From Syntrophorhabdaceae bacterium (GTDB taxonomy: Bacteria; Desulfobacterota; Syntrophorhabdia; Syntrophorhabdales; Syntrophorhabdaceae): a stretch of 64,000 bases of DNA. The stretch lies in contig OY762209.1 of assembly GCA_963665295.1 (NCBI GenBank), positions 5,120,001 through 5,184,000 on the forward strand, given 5' to 3'. Below, piece by piece: positions 40,408 to 49,778 of this stretch (positions are counted from its first letter, which is position 1; each line of letters opens with the position of its first letter). A program made the translations under genes and the position numbers. The notes below the pieces were generated by a model. That model had not been told where the DNA came from. It did not search any database and saw nothing but the letters and a program-made list of their open reading frames with translations.

Positions 40408-40965
40408 TTACTTTGTGAGGTCGCCGATAGGCAATATGACTCTGCCCCGTGTCTCGTTCAGGACTTCGGCTATGGAAAGGTAGAAGGCGGAGAAGCCGCA
40501 TACGATGCCTTCCCAACCCGCTATCGTACCGATAGTGGCGCTACCCGTCCAATCACGTATGGCAAGGAGGAAGAAGAGCACTGCCAGACTCAGGAATACA
40601 AACTGGATAACCCTGTTCTTCCCGAAGGTTCCAAACCACATGCAGAATGTGAAAAGGCCCCACATGAAAAGGTACCATCCCACGAAGGCTTCGGAGTTTC
40701 CCGGGAGTCCCTTGAATATAAGCATAAAACAGAGGGTAAGCCAGAACAGGCCGTATGACGTGAACGCGGTGGTGCCGAAGGTGTTGCCTTTCTTGTATTC
40801 AAGAATGCCCGCGATGATCTGTGCCACGCCCCCGTAGAATATGCCCATGGCGAGGATCATGGACCCGATGGGAAAAAAACCGGCGTTGTGAATGTTGAGA
40901 AGGACCGTAGTCATCCCGAATCCCATTAAACCGAGGGGTGCGGGGTTTGAAAGTTTTTCTTCCAT
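40408..40965 (-). CDS. satP: Acetate uptake transporter (GPR1/FUN34/YaaH family)
   Basis: NPAPLGLMGFGMTT, FYGG.AQ, GNTFGTTAFTSYG. Confidence 0.92.
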   Translation of the reverse strand: MEEKLSNPAPLGLMGFGMTTVLLNIHNAGFFPIGSMILAMGIFYGGVAQIIAGILEYKKGNTFGTTAFTSYGLFWLTLCFMLIFKGLPGNSEAFVGWYLFMWGLFTFCMWFGTFGKNRVIQFVFLSLAVLFFLLAIRDWTGSATIGTIAGWEGIVCGFSAFYLSIAEVLNETRGRVILPIGDLTK

Positions 40966-41178
40966 TACAATATACCTCCCTTAAGATAATTAGTATGTCT
41001 CACCCCCTTTTGAAGCTTTCGGGGCCCGCACCAGTGTGCCCCACCAATGCGGACACGCTACAGAACATGGCCGTCCGGACCTTTGGTCACGCCATGTCTA
41101 CGCCTTCTGTTAGGAGGTGATATGCCGGATTATACTACTTCCGGCCGTCGATTGTACACAACTAAATACATCAGGGAA

Positions 41179-41213
41179 CCCGGGGGACACCCTTTGTATA
41201 CAGTTGTCCCCCG
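41179..41213 (-). terminator. Hairpin downstream of HesB-like gene
   Basis: CCGGGGGACA...TGTCCCCCGG inverted repeat; weak U-tract. Confidence 0.45.
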
Positions 41214-41241
41214 GTGATATACGGAAATACCTATGCCTGTC

Positions 41242-41553
41242 TTAGCAGCTACATGACCCGCATGTGTTTTTTTCTGTCAGTTTTGAGGTGATTTTGAATC
41301 CGCCGCCCGCTGCAGTCTCGACGAAATCGACTCCTATGGGATTCACTTCTTCAAGGAGCCCCTTGTTTACCAGGAAGGTTACGCCTTCCTCCTTGAAAAT
41401 TTCATCATCTTCTTTTGGCCCGTCCAGAGCCATCCCCAGTGAGGGGCCCGATCACCCGCCTCCTGCCATCAGAATCCTGATGGCGCTGTCAAGGTTCCTG
41501 TCTTTCAGGAAAGCCTTGATCATTTCACTCGCCTTCTCGGTAACCTGAAACAT
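41242..41553 (-). CDS. IscA/HesB-like selenoprotein (Sec at codon 34)
   Basis: AAGGAG RBS, ATG 41553: MFQVTEKASEMIKAFLKDRNLDSAIRILMAGGG-TGA-SGPSLGMALDGPKEDD...CGSCSC; TGA (41454-52) at the position of the first conserved HesB Cys. Confidence 0.9.
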
Positions 41554-41679
41554 ATCCCGCTCCTTGTCGTAAATTTGTCACCCCTGTGTGCAGTGACAGT
41601 GAATATAATAATAATACCTATTGGCAGTGCTTTGTCAATGCCCCCCTGTCACCCCCCGTAATACCAACGAAATCCTCCG

Positions 41680-43101
41680 TTATTCCTGACGGCGATGCGG
41701 GTGGTCAGGGGTCGGGCTTGAAGATGTGGCCAGTCGGCTGAAACGTCTCACAAAAAACGTGATGGACCACGCCAGTACCGGAGAAAGCCAGATGACCGCG
41801 GCAATCAGGTCATTCTCCGCCCACTCTCCGAGAATGGAATATCGAATGGTCACATGATAGGCGAGGAAGACCGCCCAACTCAGAACGAGTCCTGCCGGAC
41901 CGGCCGAGAAGGGAAGAAGGGCTGCAAGGTAAAGGGCGTACCATGGGTGAAGGGTGGGGGCAAGGAGGAGATAGACAAAAGTGACGAGATAGAGGGAATC
42001 CATCAGACCCGGGGCGACAGGACTTCCCTGTTGCCGTGTCCTTCTCCTGAACAGGATGGTAATCACCAGAATGAGCGCCACCGACAGGGAGGCAAGGACC
42101 ATCCTGGTTTGGCTGCCCGAATCGAGCAGGGTCCGGAGGGTACGAAAGGCGGCATTGGCGAACTCCCAGTTCTGGAGGTAGATACCCAGACTCGCGAGCA
42201 TATGACTCAGGTCGGGAAGGAAGGGGATGGAGAAGAGGGCCAACGCCGAAACACATCCTCCTGCGAGGTACAAGGGGGCGATTGCGGCACACAAAAGCAC
42301 GGGAAGATAGATAAGGGGAATCACTTTTACGAGTATGGAGAGGGCGACTGCCGCTCCCGCGCCTGAATGCAGGACAATCGTCTTCACCCGAGCCGTTCCC
42401 CGAAGGCCCTTTTTCAGGTCCGCCCCTTCGCCGGAGCGGATGACGAGGGCGACTGCCGCAAAAAGAAACAGGACTGCCGCCACGTCTATGTGACCCGACC
42501 AGGCAATCTCGATGATAGGGAGAGGGTGCCACGCATAAAGGACCGCCCGCCACACGGGCAGGTTCATAGTCCTAAGAAGCGCGATAATGACCATACACGT
42601 CGCCATGTCCAGGGTGACGAGAACGACCTTCAGGCCGCCATAGCCTTTCGCGAGGGCCGCCCCTGCGGCAAAGATCACCTGGGCTGCCGGCGGATAAATC
42701 GTGTGGAACAGGGGATGGTTGACCTTGTTCAGGATTGTCGCGCTCCATCCGTCAAAGGCAACGGATGCCGCGGGAGTCCGACTGTAGGGGTTGTTTCCGT
42801 GAAGGGTTTGCAGGCCATCCCACAGGTACCGGTAGATATCGTCGGAAAGCTGGGGCGCCTGGAGCACGAAAAGGAGACGGCAGGCAAGGGCGAAACCGAG
42901 AATGGCCCCGGGGGAGAGTTGTATCTCCTCTTTCCCGCCCCCATAGAAGAGGACCGCGAGGAGTATGACCGCCATGGCGGTAACGCCCACAAGGATGGGT
43001 ATTGACACAGGTACATCCCTGCGAAGGGCGAGAAAGAGGTAGTCCGCAAAGAGAAGTAACCCCACGACCCGCGGGAGGGCCGCCCTGCAACCGATTCTCA
43101 T
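41680..43101 (-). CDS. Polytopic GT-C type glycosyltransferase (GT87/DUF2029-like)
   Basis: LSDDIYRYLWDG, NPY, TIYPP, YAWHPL..IE...SGH.D, HPWY; many TMs; TAATG overlap with upstream gene. Confidence 0.8.
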   Translation of the reverse strand: MRIGCRAALPRVVGLLLFADYLFLALRRDVPVSIPILVGVTAMAVILLAVLFYGGGKEEIQLSPGAILGFALACRLLFVLQAPQLSDDIYRYLWDGLQTLHGNNPYSRTPAASVAFDGWSATILNKVNHPLFHTIYPPAAQVIFAAGAALAKGYGGLKVVLVTLDMATCMVIIALLRTMNLPVWRAVLYAWHPLPIIEIAWSGHIDVAAVLFLFAAVALVIRSGEGADLKKGLRGTARVKTIVLHSGAGAAVALSILVKVIPLIYLPVLLCAAIAPLYLAGGCVSALALFSIPFLPDLSHMLASLGIYLQNWEFANAAFRTLRTLLDSGSQTRMVLASLSVALILVITILFRRRTRQQGSPVAPGLMDSLYLVTFVYLLLAPTLHPWYALYLAALLPFSAGPAGLVLSWAVFLAYHVTIRYSILGEWAENDLIAAVIWLSPVLAWSITFFVRRFSRLATSSSPTPDHPHRRQE

Positions 43102-44585
43102 TACGCCTTCTCCGGCTCCCGTCCTGCGAAAAATTCCGTGAAGTCCATGCATATGACAAGGAGGAACCCGAAGGGAAAGACAAGGAGGAATGGAACGGCG
43201 AACCATGTATTTCTCGCCAGTGCATACCAGACAGGGAGCAGCGTGTACGCAAGGAAGAGGATGTTGATGAGGATATGGGAAAGGGGCCGCTCGCGATAGA
43301 GAAAAGAGAGGGCCGGCATCTTTCCCCGCCCCTTGATGGCGTATTTGGGGGTCCTGTCGAACACGCCGCCCTTCTTGAAGAGGCCCTTGAAAACGGAGAG
43401 GGCGATGCTCGGCGCAAGGCCGATGGAAAATACGGGAAGGACGAGAAGGGCGCGTAGGCGCACCCGGCGTTCCTGGTCCTTGCGATAGAGGGCAAAATAG
43501 AGAAGGATGGCGACGCTGCTCAGGATAAAGAGGGGCACGTCAATACGGATGATCTCGTGGGGTCCTATGGCGGTCCTTGCCAGAATCGTGGGGTAGAGGG
43601 TCAAGGTCACCACGGTTCCGAACACCCATCCGAGATTGGCGAGGAGATGGGCCACGGCCTCCAGCTTCACGGCCAAGGGGAGGCGGGCCCTGAGGAGGCG
43701 GGGCAGTATCTTTCTCGCCGTCTGTATCGAACCTTTCGCCCACCGCTCCTGCTGGCAACGGAACGATGACATGGTGACGGGCAATTCCGACGGCACCTCG
43801 AGGTCATCGAGGTAGCGAAACCGCCAGCCCGCAAGCTGGGCCCGGTAACTGAGGTCGAGATCCTCCGTCACTGTGTCGGCCTGCCAGCCTCCCGCCGATT
43901 CAATTGCACTCCGCCGCCACACGCCGGCGGTGCCGTTGAAATTGAAAAAGAGGTTCCTCCTGTACCTCACCCAGTGTTCAATTCCGAAGTGGGGGCCCAG
44001 AAGAAGGGACTGGACAGAGGTGAGCCACGAATGGTCCGTGTTCAGGAATCCCCATTTCGCTTGTACCATGCCGATATTCCCGTCATCGAAGCACGGTATG
44101 GTCCTGTGGAGAAACTCGGGAGAAGGGATGAAGTCGGCGTCGAAGACCGCGATGAATTCGCCTTTCGCAACCTCCATGCCGTGGCTGAGCGCCCCTGCCT
44201 TATAACCTCGCCTGCTGTTTCTGCGAATCACCTTCATATCGACGCCTTGCCCGGACCAGTAGGCCGCCCGTTCATCGACTATGAGGCCCGTGTCGTCGGT
44301 GGAATCGTCGAGGACCTGTATTTCGAGCCTGTTTCCGGGCCATTCCATGGCGGCGGCGGCGTCAAGAAGACGGGCCGCTACAAACCGTTCATTGTAGAGG
44401 GGTAGCTGAACGGTGACAAAAGGGGTGTCCTTCCACGAAAGCCCCTCCCCGTGACGGAGCGGTTCGACAGGCTCAAGCCTCTTCTCCCTGTACCAGTGGG
44501 AAAGGAGCCAGATCCGATGCAGCCCGTAGAGAGCGAGGCCGGAGATTGCGGCAAAATGGATCAGTACCCAATAATCGGAAATCAT
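43101..44585 (-). CDS. Membrane GT2 glycosyltransferase (cellulose synthase-like, D,D,D,QxxRW)
   Basis: VTVQLPLYNE, LDDSTD, GYKAGAL, FDADF, TEDLDLS, QQERWAKG. Confidence 0.9.
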   Translation of the reverse strand: MISDYWVLIHFAAISGLALYGLHRIWLLSHWYREKRLEPVEPLRHGEGLSWKDTPFVTVQLPLYNERFVAARLLDAAAAMEWPGNRLEIQVLDDSTDDTGLIVDERAAYWSGQGVDMKVIRRNSRRGYKAGALSHGMEVAKGEFIAVFDADFIPSPEFLHRTIPCFDDGNIGMVQAKWGFLNTDHSWLTSVQSLLLGPHFGIEHWVRYRRNLFFNFNGTAGVWRRSAIESAGGWQADTVTEDLDLSYRAQLAGWRFRYLDDLEVPSELPVTMSSFRCQQERWAKGSIQTARKILPRLLRARLPLAVKLEAVAHLLANLGWVFGTVVTLTLYPTILARTAIGPHEIIRIDVPLFILSSVAILLYFALYRKDQERRVRLRALLVLPVFSIGLAPSIALSVFKGLFKKGGVFDRTPKYAIKGRGKMPALSFLYRERPLSHILINILFLAYTLLPVWYALARNTWFAVPFLLVFPFGFLLVICMDFTEFFAGREPEKA

Positions 44586-44598
44586 GGTCTGCCTCCGG

Positions 44599-45675
44599 TC
44601 AACCTTCGAAGTGGTGGAGGCGTTCCGGGCCGTTCCCGCAATATTTGCCGGCCTCACGATTCCCCGGCGACTCTACCTGGCCGAAACACCCGGAGCCTTC
44701 GCCCGCGGTGCAGGCAAAGCAATGGTCATCGAACCGGATGGGGATCACTTTCCGAAGCGCCATTTCCAGGTCACTCAAATGCAGGGGTCCCCCCTTATCT
44801 CCGGGCAAGGCCATCCCGACAGCCTGGTTGAAATCGCAGTTGTAAAGGTTCCCCGCCCAATCCACGTTGATAAGAGACCTGCACATGAGGAAAGGGAGGG
44901 TGGCGGGATTGAAAGTCTCCGCCAGGGTGCGCAGGTAGGTAGCCAGACCGCCCCGGGCAACGAGCTGACCCCGGAAACGGCCAACAGGGACATTAGTGAG
45001 GACGATAAGACGGGTGAAGCGGATGCCGAAGCCGGCCATAAGCTCCTGCCGGTACCGGGTCTCCAGGTCTTTCTGGGGGCCGGGAAGTGTGTCGCCCCCC
45101 GGGTTATAGACCAGAGTCAGTTCATGGCTATCTCCGTAGCCGAGGTCATTCAGTTTCCGCAGGACCGCAACAGACCGCTTGAAAACGCCGGTCCCCCGCT
45201 GCCGGTCAACGTTTTCAGGGGTAAAGCAGGGAAGAGATGCCACAAGGGCGAGATCATGGTCTCTATAGAATTCGGGAAGGCCTGTCATGCCCTTTTCTGT
45301 GGCGATGACCAGATTTGTCCTCACCGACCGCCGCATGCCCAGCCCGTCGGTCCCTGCGATGAGATAGGAGAAGTTCGGGTTGAGTTCGGGACATCCGCCG
45401 GTGATATCGAGGTCTATCCCCCCGTGTCTGCGAAGAAAAGCGACGGCCCCGTCAATAACCCCCTTGTCCATGATCTTCTCACCTTCCGGCGAGGCGCCAA
45501 CGTGGCAGTGGGCGCACGCAAGGTTGCACCGGTTACCCAGGTTGAGTTGCAAGGTGCGCAAGGTTTCAAACCGGGGAAAAGGGAGGTCTGTACTCCCTAT
45601 TCTCTCCCCGAAGCAAAAGGCGGGAAGCCGGGTAACATCGCCCGTCCCGGCGTGATCGGTAAGGTGAACTGACAT
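44599..45675 (-). CDS. arsS: ArsS-like radical SAM protein (TIGR04167 rSAM/Cys-rich family), Cys form
   Basis: LQLNLGNRCNLACAHCHV.ASP, DITGG.PELNP, ASLPC, VDRQRG.GVF, LVYNP, LMCRSLI, YNCDFNQ, HCFACTAGEGSGC. Confidence 0.85.
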   Translation of the reverse strand: MSVHLTDHAGTGDVTRLPAFCFGERIGSTDLPFPRFETLRTLQLNLGNRCNLACAHCHVGASPEGEKIMDKGVIDGAVAFLRRHGGIDLDITGGCPELNPNFSYLIAGTDGLGMRRSVRTNLVIATEKGMTGLPEFYRDHDLALVASLPCFTPENVDRQRGTGVFKRSVAVLRKLNDLGYGDSHELTLVYNPGGDTLPGPQKDLETRYRQELMAGFGIRFTRLIVLTNVPVGRFRGQLVARGGLATYLRTLAETFNPATLPFLMCRSLINVDWAGNLYNCDFNQAVGMALPGDKGGPLHLSDLEMALRKVIPIRFDDHCFACTAGEGSGCFGQVESPGNREAGKYCGNGPERLHHFEG

Positions 45676-45707
45676 GAACGACTCCTTCAGGGGCTGCCAA
45701 GGCCCCG

Positions 45708-46223
45708 CTATTTTTTGTCACTGCATGGGTAAACAACGCCCAGGACTTTCTCTTCAAAGAGTATCCGACCGGGACGCCACGCGGTAAGACGGAGACGGCC
45801 GGCGGACTGCGCCGTATGGTTGCTCGGGACAAGCCATATTTTGCCGCGCCACAACCGCCATGTTCCTGTCAGGCCGAGTTCGCCCTCCTTATCGCTAAAC
45901 CCTTTCGCAAGAAGATCCCCCAAGGTTTCGCCGTCGTCGTGCCTCACCAGGGAATACCCCTTGAGGGGTTCCAGCTTCCGAGCGGTGAAGGTGAAGACGC
46001 CCGTACTCTCATCAAAAGAAAGGACACCTTTGGCTCCCCTGGAGACAACCTTCCATGTGGCCGGGTCTTTCGTATAGAGGTTCAGGGACTTCTGCGCGGT
46101 CCGGCTGCGGGCCGCCGGATCAGGAGGGCACTGGGGACCGCCCGACACGCGGCCCGGAGTGAAGGCGAAAAGCACCACGGAGACGAGGGCCCATCCCCAC
46201 AGGCGATGAGACAGGGTAACCAT
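45708..46223 (-). CDS. Secreted hypothetical protein
   Basis: Signal-peptide-like N-terminus, LYTKDP.TW, KIWLVP; sits in operon between sulfurtransferase and arsS. Confidence 0.65.
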   Translation of the reverse strand: MVTLSHRLWGWALVSVVLFAFTPGRVSGGPQCPPDPAARSRTAQKSLNLYTKDPATWKVVSRGAKGVLSFDESTGVFTFTARKLEPLKGYSLVRHDDGETLGDLLAKGFSDKEGELGLTGTWRLWRGKIWLVPSNHTAQSAGRLRLTAWRPGRILFEEKVLGVVYPCSDKK

Positions 46224-46233
46224 GCTCGTGCCC

Positions 46234-47115
46234 CTACCGGGAACCTCGTTTCTGCCACGCCGCCATTCCACCCTCGTAGTTGCGGGCCGTGGGCAACCCC
46301 CCCAGTTGGTGGACAAGCCACGCATAGCCCGACCGTATACCTCCATAGCAGTAATAGACCACAGGGCGGGAGGTATCGACTCCATGACTCACAAGAAGCT
46401 TCTTTACATCCGCGGGGGCGAGGGGCCGCCGGTCGCCTCCGCGGTAGAAGTCCTCCCAGGAGATGTGGATCGATCCCGGTATCTTCCCTTTCAGCCGTTC
46501 AAAGGTGGAGCGGACATCGACTATGACAGGGGACCCTTTTCCCTGCTCCAGGTCCTCGGTGGAAATGTCCAGTTCCGGCTTCAGACTGACTTTATAGCTC
46601 GCCTTGGCAACGGCTCTCTTCTCCGGCCCTTTCGCCAGAGGGAATTCCTGGGTACGCCACGCCTGAATGCCCCCGTTGAGAAGCCGGATGGGACCTTTAT
46701 GACCAAGCCACGAGAGGACCCACGCGTCCCACCCTTCGCCTCCCCAGCTCTTGTCGGCATCACCATAGACGACCACGGGCGTATTCTCGTCTATCCCAAA
46801 GGCTCCGAGGGCAAGGGCGAGCTCTTTAGGAGGAAAGACGCGGTACTCCACACCCGACGGGTCCGTCCGTGTATAGTTCTCCCAGCAAAAGGAGTGCGCT
46901 CCAGGTATGTGGCCTGCTTCCCACTCCGATCTCGGGCGTCCGTCCAGAACGACCCATCGCGACCGGTTCCCGTTTAGGGAGGCCGCATCGATGAGTCCCA
47001 GGTCAGGGGCAGGGGCGGCTCCCGCCGGGGCGAGGGTTCCCGCCGCAATTGTGAGGAGGATTGCCAGTGTGGCTGCAATGAGGGATTTGTTCAGCATACT
47101 TACTCCTTTTATCAT
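46234..47115 (-). CDS. Exported tandem-domain rhodanese/sulfurtransferase
   Basis: Signal peptide, GHIPGA, IVDVRS, active loop YCYGGIRS, NYEGG..AW. Confidence 0.88.
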   Translation of the reverse strand: MIKGVSMLNKSLIAATLAILLTIAAGTLAPAGAAPAPDLGLIDAASLNGNRSRWVVLDGRPRSEWEAGHIPGAHSFCWENYTRTDPSGVEYRVFPPKELALALGAFGIDENTPVVVYGDADKSWGGEGWDAWVLSWLGHKGPIRLLNGGIQAWRTQEFPLAKGPEKRAVAKASYKVSLKPELDISTEDLEQGKGSPVIVDVRSTFERLKGKIPGSIHISWEDFYRGGDRRPLAPADVKKLLVSHGVDTSRPVVYYCYGGIRSGYAWLVHQLGGLPTARNYEGGMAAWQKRGSR

Positions 47116-47930
47116 TTTTCCGCTCCCCTGCGAACAAAAGGACGAGCCAGGGAAATGGGATTCTTGTACCCTGGATTATCTTCTTCCAGCGCGGTATCCG
47201 CGCACCCTTCCCCCCGCCACAACTCCCGGCCGATGACCCAGAGTATCTTGGAGCCCGCACGGAGGACGCCGACCAGGGTGCGGCTTATTTTCGACTGTCC
47301 CGCAACCCTCACGTGATAGGGCAAGGGACACTCCACTGTCTTGAGATTTGCCCTGATCGCCTTGATCTGCATCTCCACCGTCCACCCGAAGTCCCTGTCG
47401 GTCATGTGCATGGCCATGAGCGCCCCCCAGGACACGGCCCTCATGGGGCCGAGGTCATGATATTCAACCCCCCAGAACAGGTCGATAAGGCGTGTGGCCA
47501 GCCAGTTTCCGAAACGCTGTTGCGGACTTAAGGCCTGTCTCGCGTCAGGCACTCTCCGGGCCAGGGCGAGATCGGCTTCATTATCAAGAAGAGGGCGAAC
47601 CAGAGTCGCGAGGTTCTCCACACCGTCACTGCCGTCCCCGTCGGCAAAAGCGACTATCCGGGGCGGGTCGTCTCTCAACGCGGCAATACCCGCGAGGCAC
47701 GCGCTTCCGTAACCGGGGGACCCTTCGAAGACCACCCGGGCGCCGTGGGAGCGGGCAATTTCGCCCGTCCCGTCCGTGGAGCCGTTGTCTACCACAATCA
47801 CCGTGCCGATCGAAGCAGGAACCCTTGACAGGACGGCGGGAAGCGACTGTGCTTCGTTGAGGGCGGGGATGATGAGCGCGATTCCATGAAGCGGGAACCG
47901 GGATAGGCCCTCTTGTAAGGCGTCACTCAC
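47112..47930 (-). CDS. GT2 glycosyltransferase (DPM/polyprenyl-phosphate glycosyltransferase-like)
   Basis: IIPALNEA, VVDNGSTDGT, GYGSACLAG, FADGDGSD, DLGPMRA, GWTVEMQ, R.AGQSKIS; GTG start overlapping upstream stop. Confidence 0.88.
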   Translation of the reverse strand: MSDALQEGLSRFPLHGIALIIPALNEAQSLPAVLSRVPASIGTVIVVDNGSTDGTGEIARSHGARVVFEGSPGYGSACLAGIAALRDDPPRIVAFADGDGSDGVENLATLVRPLLDNEADLALARRVPDARQALSPQQRFGNWLATRLIDLFWGVEYHDLGPMRAVSWGALMAMHMTDRDFGWTVEMQIKAIRANLKTVECPLPYHVRVAGQSKISRTLVGVLRAGSKILWVIGRELWRGEGCADTALEEDNPGYKNPISLARPFVRRGAEK

Positions 47931-49770
47931 CGGGGGCCTCCCCGGTCTTTCTACTCTTGAACCGTTTGTAGAACAAGGGAATGAGGGAAACAAGCACTAT
48001 CAACCCGACCCCGATGAGGGCCGCAGGTGAGACGCTCCCCCTGACGAGATCGAGAAGAGAACTGGAAAAGACGATAAAGGCGATACATGCGGGAAGCATG
48101 CAGATAAAGGTCGTTGCCACGTAATGAGTCAGTGGGACCTTGGTAAGGCCGAAAGCGTAGTTGACGAGATTGAAGGGAAACGCCGGGATGAGGCGCGCCA
48201 CGGCCACCGCCTTCCATCCATGTCTGGCTGTCTCTCTGTCCAGTCTTTCCCATTTGGGGCCGGAAAGCTTTTTAAGGACCCATTCCCTTGCCGCATACCG
48301 GGCCGTAAGAAAGGCGAGGGTCGCTCCCACTGTTGAACCGACAATAGTATAGACTACACCCCAGAAAGGACCGAAGAGGATGCCGCCTACAATGGTTATG
48401 GGTAGGCCGGGAAGGAAGAGGACGGGCGCGAGGGCATAGATGAGCATATAGATGGCGGGCGCGAGGCCGCCATACCCCGATATCAGGGCCCGCAGCCGGT
48501 CCTGTTGCAGGTAGTGCATCGCTCCCGACGCGTGGACGGAGATGATTGCCGCCGCGAGGACAATCACAAAAACCGCGAGCTTCCAGGGTCGTCTCGCGGG
48601 CCCCGCCTCGCCCGGTGTGAAGTTCCTTTCCCGTGTCGCCGCAAATCCCTCCATCCGGGAGTACGTCTTTTTGAGGCGAAGCCTGTTGAGGTACGTGAAG
48701 GGGGCTCGCGCCGCCTTGACCTTTCCCTCCAGGGCTTTTTCAGGTTCGAAGACGAGGTCGGCTACGTGGCTCGTTGCCGAGTGACTGCCAAGTGCGTTGA
48801 CGCACCCCGCACAGTAGGTGACCATTCGTCGTCCCCCCGCTTCTTTCTTGCGCATAAGTCCCCAATTTTCGGCCAGTTCCGGAGAGAGAAGATTGACTCC
48901 CCCGCCCTGGCCGCAACAGAGGGTTTCCCTGCCGCTGTGTTTCATCTCCTCCACGGTCAGACCAAGGCGTCTCAACAAACCACGCACCGCTTCGTGGGCC
49001 GGCTCAAGGTTCCGGGCCACACATGGGTCGTGAACCACCACCGTTCCCCGAAGGTCTCCGGTCATGGGTGTTCCGTTGTCCGCCAGGGCCTCATAGACGG
49101 TCTTCACCGCCGGCCCGTGATCGGGAGCGTTCAACATGTTATGGCAGTTGGCACACGCCACGAGGATTTCCTTCACCCCGTGACCGACAAGATACGCCAT
49201 CATTTCTTCGAGCATGGCCCGGGCGTGGCGCTCCCGTCCAAGGCTGTCGGAGGGCTTGGTACAGCAATCGAGGACAATGCCTGTCTTCGGGTCCGCTTTT
49301 CTCAGGGCGTCAAAGATTTGCTTTACCGCGGCGGGCCGCGAACCGGCGAGGCCGCAACCCGGAAAGAATACGGTGCTGCAGCCCTCGGGGAGCCCGTAGA
49401 AGGTGAAACGCCGGGATGTACCGAGTTTCTCGTAGGCAAGAAGCGGCTTATGTTCGTCGAAGGTTCCAAGGCCCCGGTCAACCGCTTCCCGCCGCATCTC
49501 AAGGAAGAGACCGCCGGGATCGATTCCCTTGGGACACAGATTGGCGCAAAGGCCGCAGAGGCTGCACTCAAAAGCACGGAGAAGGACCTTATCGCCCGAC
49601 CCGGCGAGTTCTTCGGCGATGGTCGCGGGGGTGCCGTACTTTTCGAGAAAAGCACATTCACCGACACAGATGTGACATTTCGTGCAGTCTGTCAGGGTGC
49701 GGTCAAGATGGGCCTGCAGAGGGCTCCGGTATGGGGTTGTGTTGGTCTCTCCTATCTCTGTCCTGTTCAT
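47923..49770 (-). CDS. Fe-S/CCG-domain oxidoreductase (HdrD/GlpC-like) fused to VTT/TVP38 (DedA superfamily) membrane domain
   Basis: CTKCHICVGEC, CSLCGLCANLCP, FFPGC, CCTKP, HDPC, CCGQGG, TYCAGC; C-terminal PGLPITIVGGILFG, RLIPAFPFNLVNYAFGLT. Confidence 0.85.
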   Translation of the reverse strand: MNRTEIGETNTTPYRSPLQAHLDRTLTDCTKCHICVGECAFLEKYGTPATIAEELAGSGDKVLLRAFECSLCGLCANLCPKGIDPGGLFLEMRREAVDRGLGTFDEHKPLLAYEKLGTSRRFTFYGLPEGCSTVFFPGCGLAGSRPAAVKQIFDALRKADPKTGIVLDCCTKPSDSLGRERHARAMLEEMMAYLVGHGVKEILVACANCHNMLNAPDHGPAVKTVYEALADNGTPMTGDLRGTVVVHDPCVARNLEPAHEAVRGLLRRLGLTVEEMKHSGRETLCCGQGGGVNLLSPELAENWGLMRKKEAGGRRMVTYCAGCVNALGSHSATSHVADLVFEPEKALEGKVKAARAPFTYLNRLRLKKTYSRMEGFAATRERNFTPGEAGPARRPWKLAVFVIVLAAAIISVHASGAMHYLQQDRLRALISGYGGLAPAIYMLIYALAPVLFLPGLPITIVGGILFGPFWGVVYTIVGSTVGATLAFLTARYAAREWVLKKLSGPKWERLDRETARHGWKAVAVARLIPAFPFNLVNYAFGLTKVPLTHYVATTFICMLPACIAFIVFSSSLLDLVRGSVSPAALIGVGLIVLVSLIPLFYKRFKSRKTGEAPGE

Positions 49771-49778
49771 GTCTCTCC

